Shown here piece after piece: positions 62,447-64,000 of a stretch of DNA of 64,000 nt; within the stretch, counting starts at the first letter, position 1, and each line of letters begins with the position of its first letter. The stretch comes from the human T2T-CHM13v2.0 reference genome, Homo sapiens. Location: assembly GCF_009914755.1 (NCBI RefSeq), contig NC_060926.1. The stretch is one strand, 5' to 3'. Made by a program: the position numbers and the translations under genes. Under the pieces are notes generated by a model. It made no database searches. It worked only from the letters and a program-made list of their open reading frames with translations, and was not told the origin of the DNA.

Positions 62447-64000
62447 TCCTGCTTTTTCATAGTGTGTCTCAGACTCCAGGGTGTGTCACCTGGCTGGTGA
62501 TCTGGTGGGTTGCAGGAGTCCCCTCTGTGCACCCTCCATCACTGACTGGTCTGCAGCCTCCTCTGCAAGTTTCCAGCATTCTAGAGTGAACTCTCTGATG
62601 TCTGCACCACCTGCTCGACCCCTGCTACAGCCTCTTCAGTGAGGTCTGCCCATATCCTCTGAATGAAAGGGGGCCTGCCAGGGAGGCAGCAGCGCTTCCT
62701 CATGTCCCCATTTGGGTGGTAGGAAGTGTTCCCTCCACAGAAATATTTAGATGTCTGCATGAAGGGACTCTCTCCTCAAGTTCAAACATTCACTGAAACG
62801 GAAATGCGCTGAAGCTGGAATCAATGCACACCTTTTTTTTTGTTAACTTTCTTGGGAAGCTTGTGTGTTAAGCCTGTCGGTGTCTGTTAACACTTCTCTA
62901 TTCAGAGACCTCCAGCCACGCTCGTTGCCCAAGTTACCTGTGAGCCCGCGGGTTGAGTGTTCAAGCCTCTTCCTGCCTTGGCTCCAGCCTGTCTTTCCAG
63001 GGCTGATCTCAGCAGCTGCTGACGTGTGCCCTGGGACGCTCTCCCACCATCCATGTGCCAGCTTCCTAATGATTCTTGAAGGCTCATCACAAATGCTGCC
63101 TTTCCTTCCAGCTGTAAAATTGCCAATGTGGGTGACTGTGGAGATGCTCTCCTCTGACACTGGCATTGCACAGATGAGAAGATGGAGCCGCACGGAGCAG
63201 AACTGGGACGGAGTTAAAGCTCCAGGGTCCAGGCCAGGTCCTGCAGGCCCAGGTGCCTGCGTTCTCTCTCGTCTTCCCAGGCACAAATGTTTTCCCCACC
63301 AGGTGCTTCCATAGCAACTTTTTTTTTTTTTTTCAGAACCTGTAGTTGCGTTTAAAACTCTCTAATCCAATTTTACTGATTTATGTAACCATCCTATTTC
63401 CTCTGCTAAATTATAATCTCTGCACAGGTAGGAACTTACTCATTTTTACATTCTCTCAGTGCCTATCATGCTCTTTCTGAATGGATTTTTGTTAAGTGAT
63501 TGAATACAAGATAGAGAAACCTGGTTCAAGAGGGAAGCCTGGAACAGATTATGAATGAAGAAATGGAATTCGAGTGTAAATTCTGTATTCCATCATGATC
63601 CGAGTAAACCAGGTTCTCTCTTTAGGTCAGGTCACAGAACAATACACCTTAAGACCCTAAGAAGTCAGATGGGAATATTTGCTTGGGTTTAAGAGTGAGG
63701 ATGGTAGAATGTAGCCTGGTGGCCTGGAATGCAGAGAGAGAATCCTGGGTACCGTGGTTGTGTAGACACCACGTAAGTGAGATCCAGAGTAACAGCTGGC
63801 GAGACTTCCGTGGCCGTGTTGCTGGGGGGCCCGAGGCACTGTGCGATGCACGGGAAGCATAGGACGTGGCCTTTGCCTGCGATGTGAAGGGAGATGCATA
63901 ATGTGGAATGGTTAGAACCAAGCGCCTGAATGTGCCCATCCGAGCGCGTGTCCTGGGAGTCTGGTGAGGAAGCGATTGTGGAAATGGGACTCAGCATAGG

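Overview
This is vertebrate genomic DNA, recognisably the human 2p25 antiviral locus. It holds the 5' part of CMPK2 (minus strand, coding exons 1-3), the complete six-exon RSAD2/viperin gene (plus strand, reconstructed 361-aa CDS) head-to-head with it, and a CpG-island promoter with a non-coding first exon at ~56.5-57.8 kb, assigned to RNF144A by synteny only. Both CMPK2 and RSAD2 have ISRE/IRF-E clusters. The rest is transposon-rich: a deleted ERV1-like provirus between the two genes, a near-full-length antisense L1PA just past the RSAD2 3' end, MaLR/ERVL/ERV1 solo LTRs, several Alus (one very young AluYd-type), a 44/45-bp minisatellite and microsatellites. The main biological system here, the interferon-induced CMPK2-viperin pair linked to ddhCTP production, is already known; I do not see a new multi-gene system. 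The most interesting open leads are regulatory or isoform hypotheses: a four-site ISRE array built by tandem duplication that may act bidirectionally, a possible leaky-scanning CMPK2 lacking its mitochondrial presequence, a possible intronic-polyadenylated viperin with a new hydrophobic tail, a recursive-splice-like RSAD2 exon, and a possible ERV-LTR-driven RSAD2 transcript. Repeat subfamily names come from recognition, not from a search.
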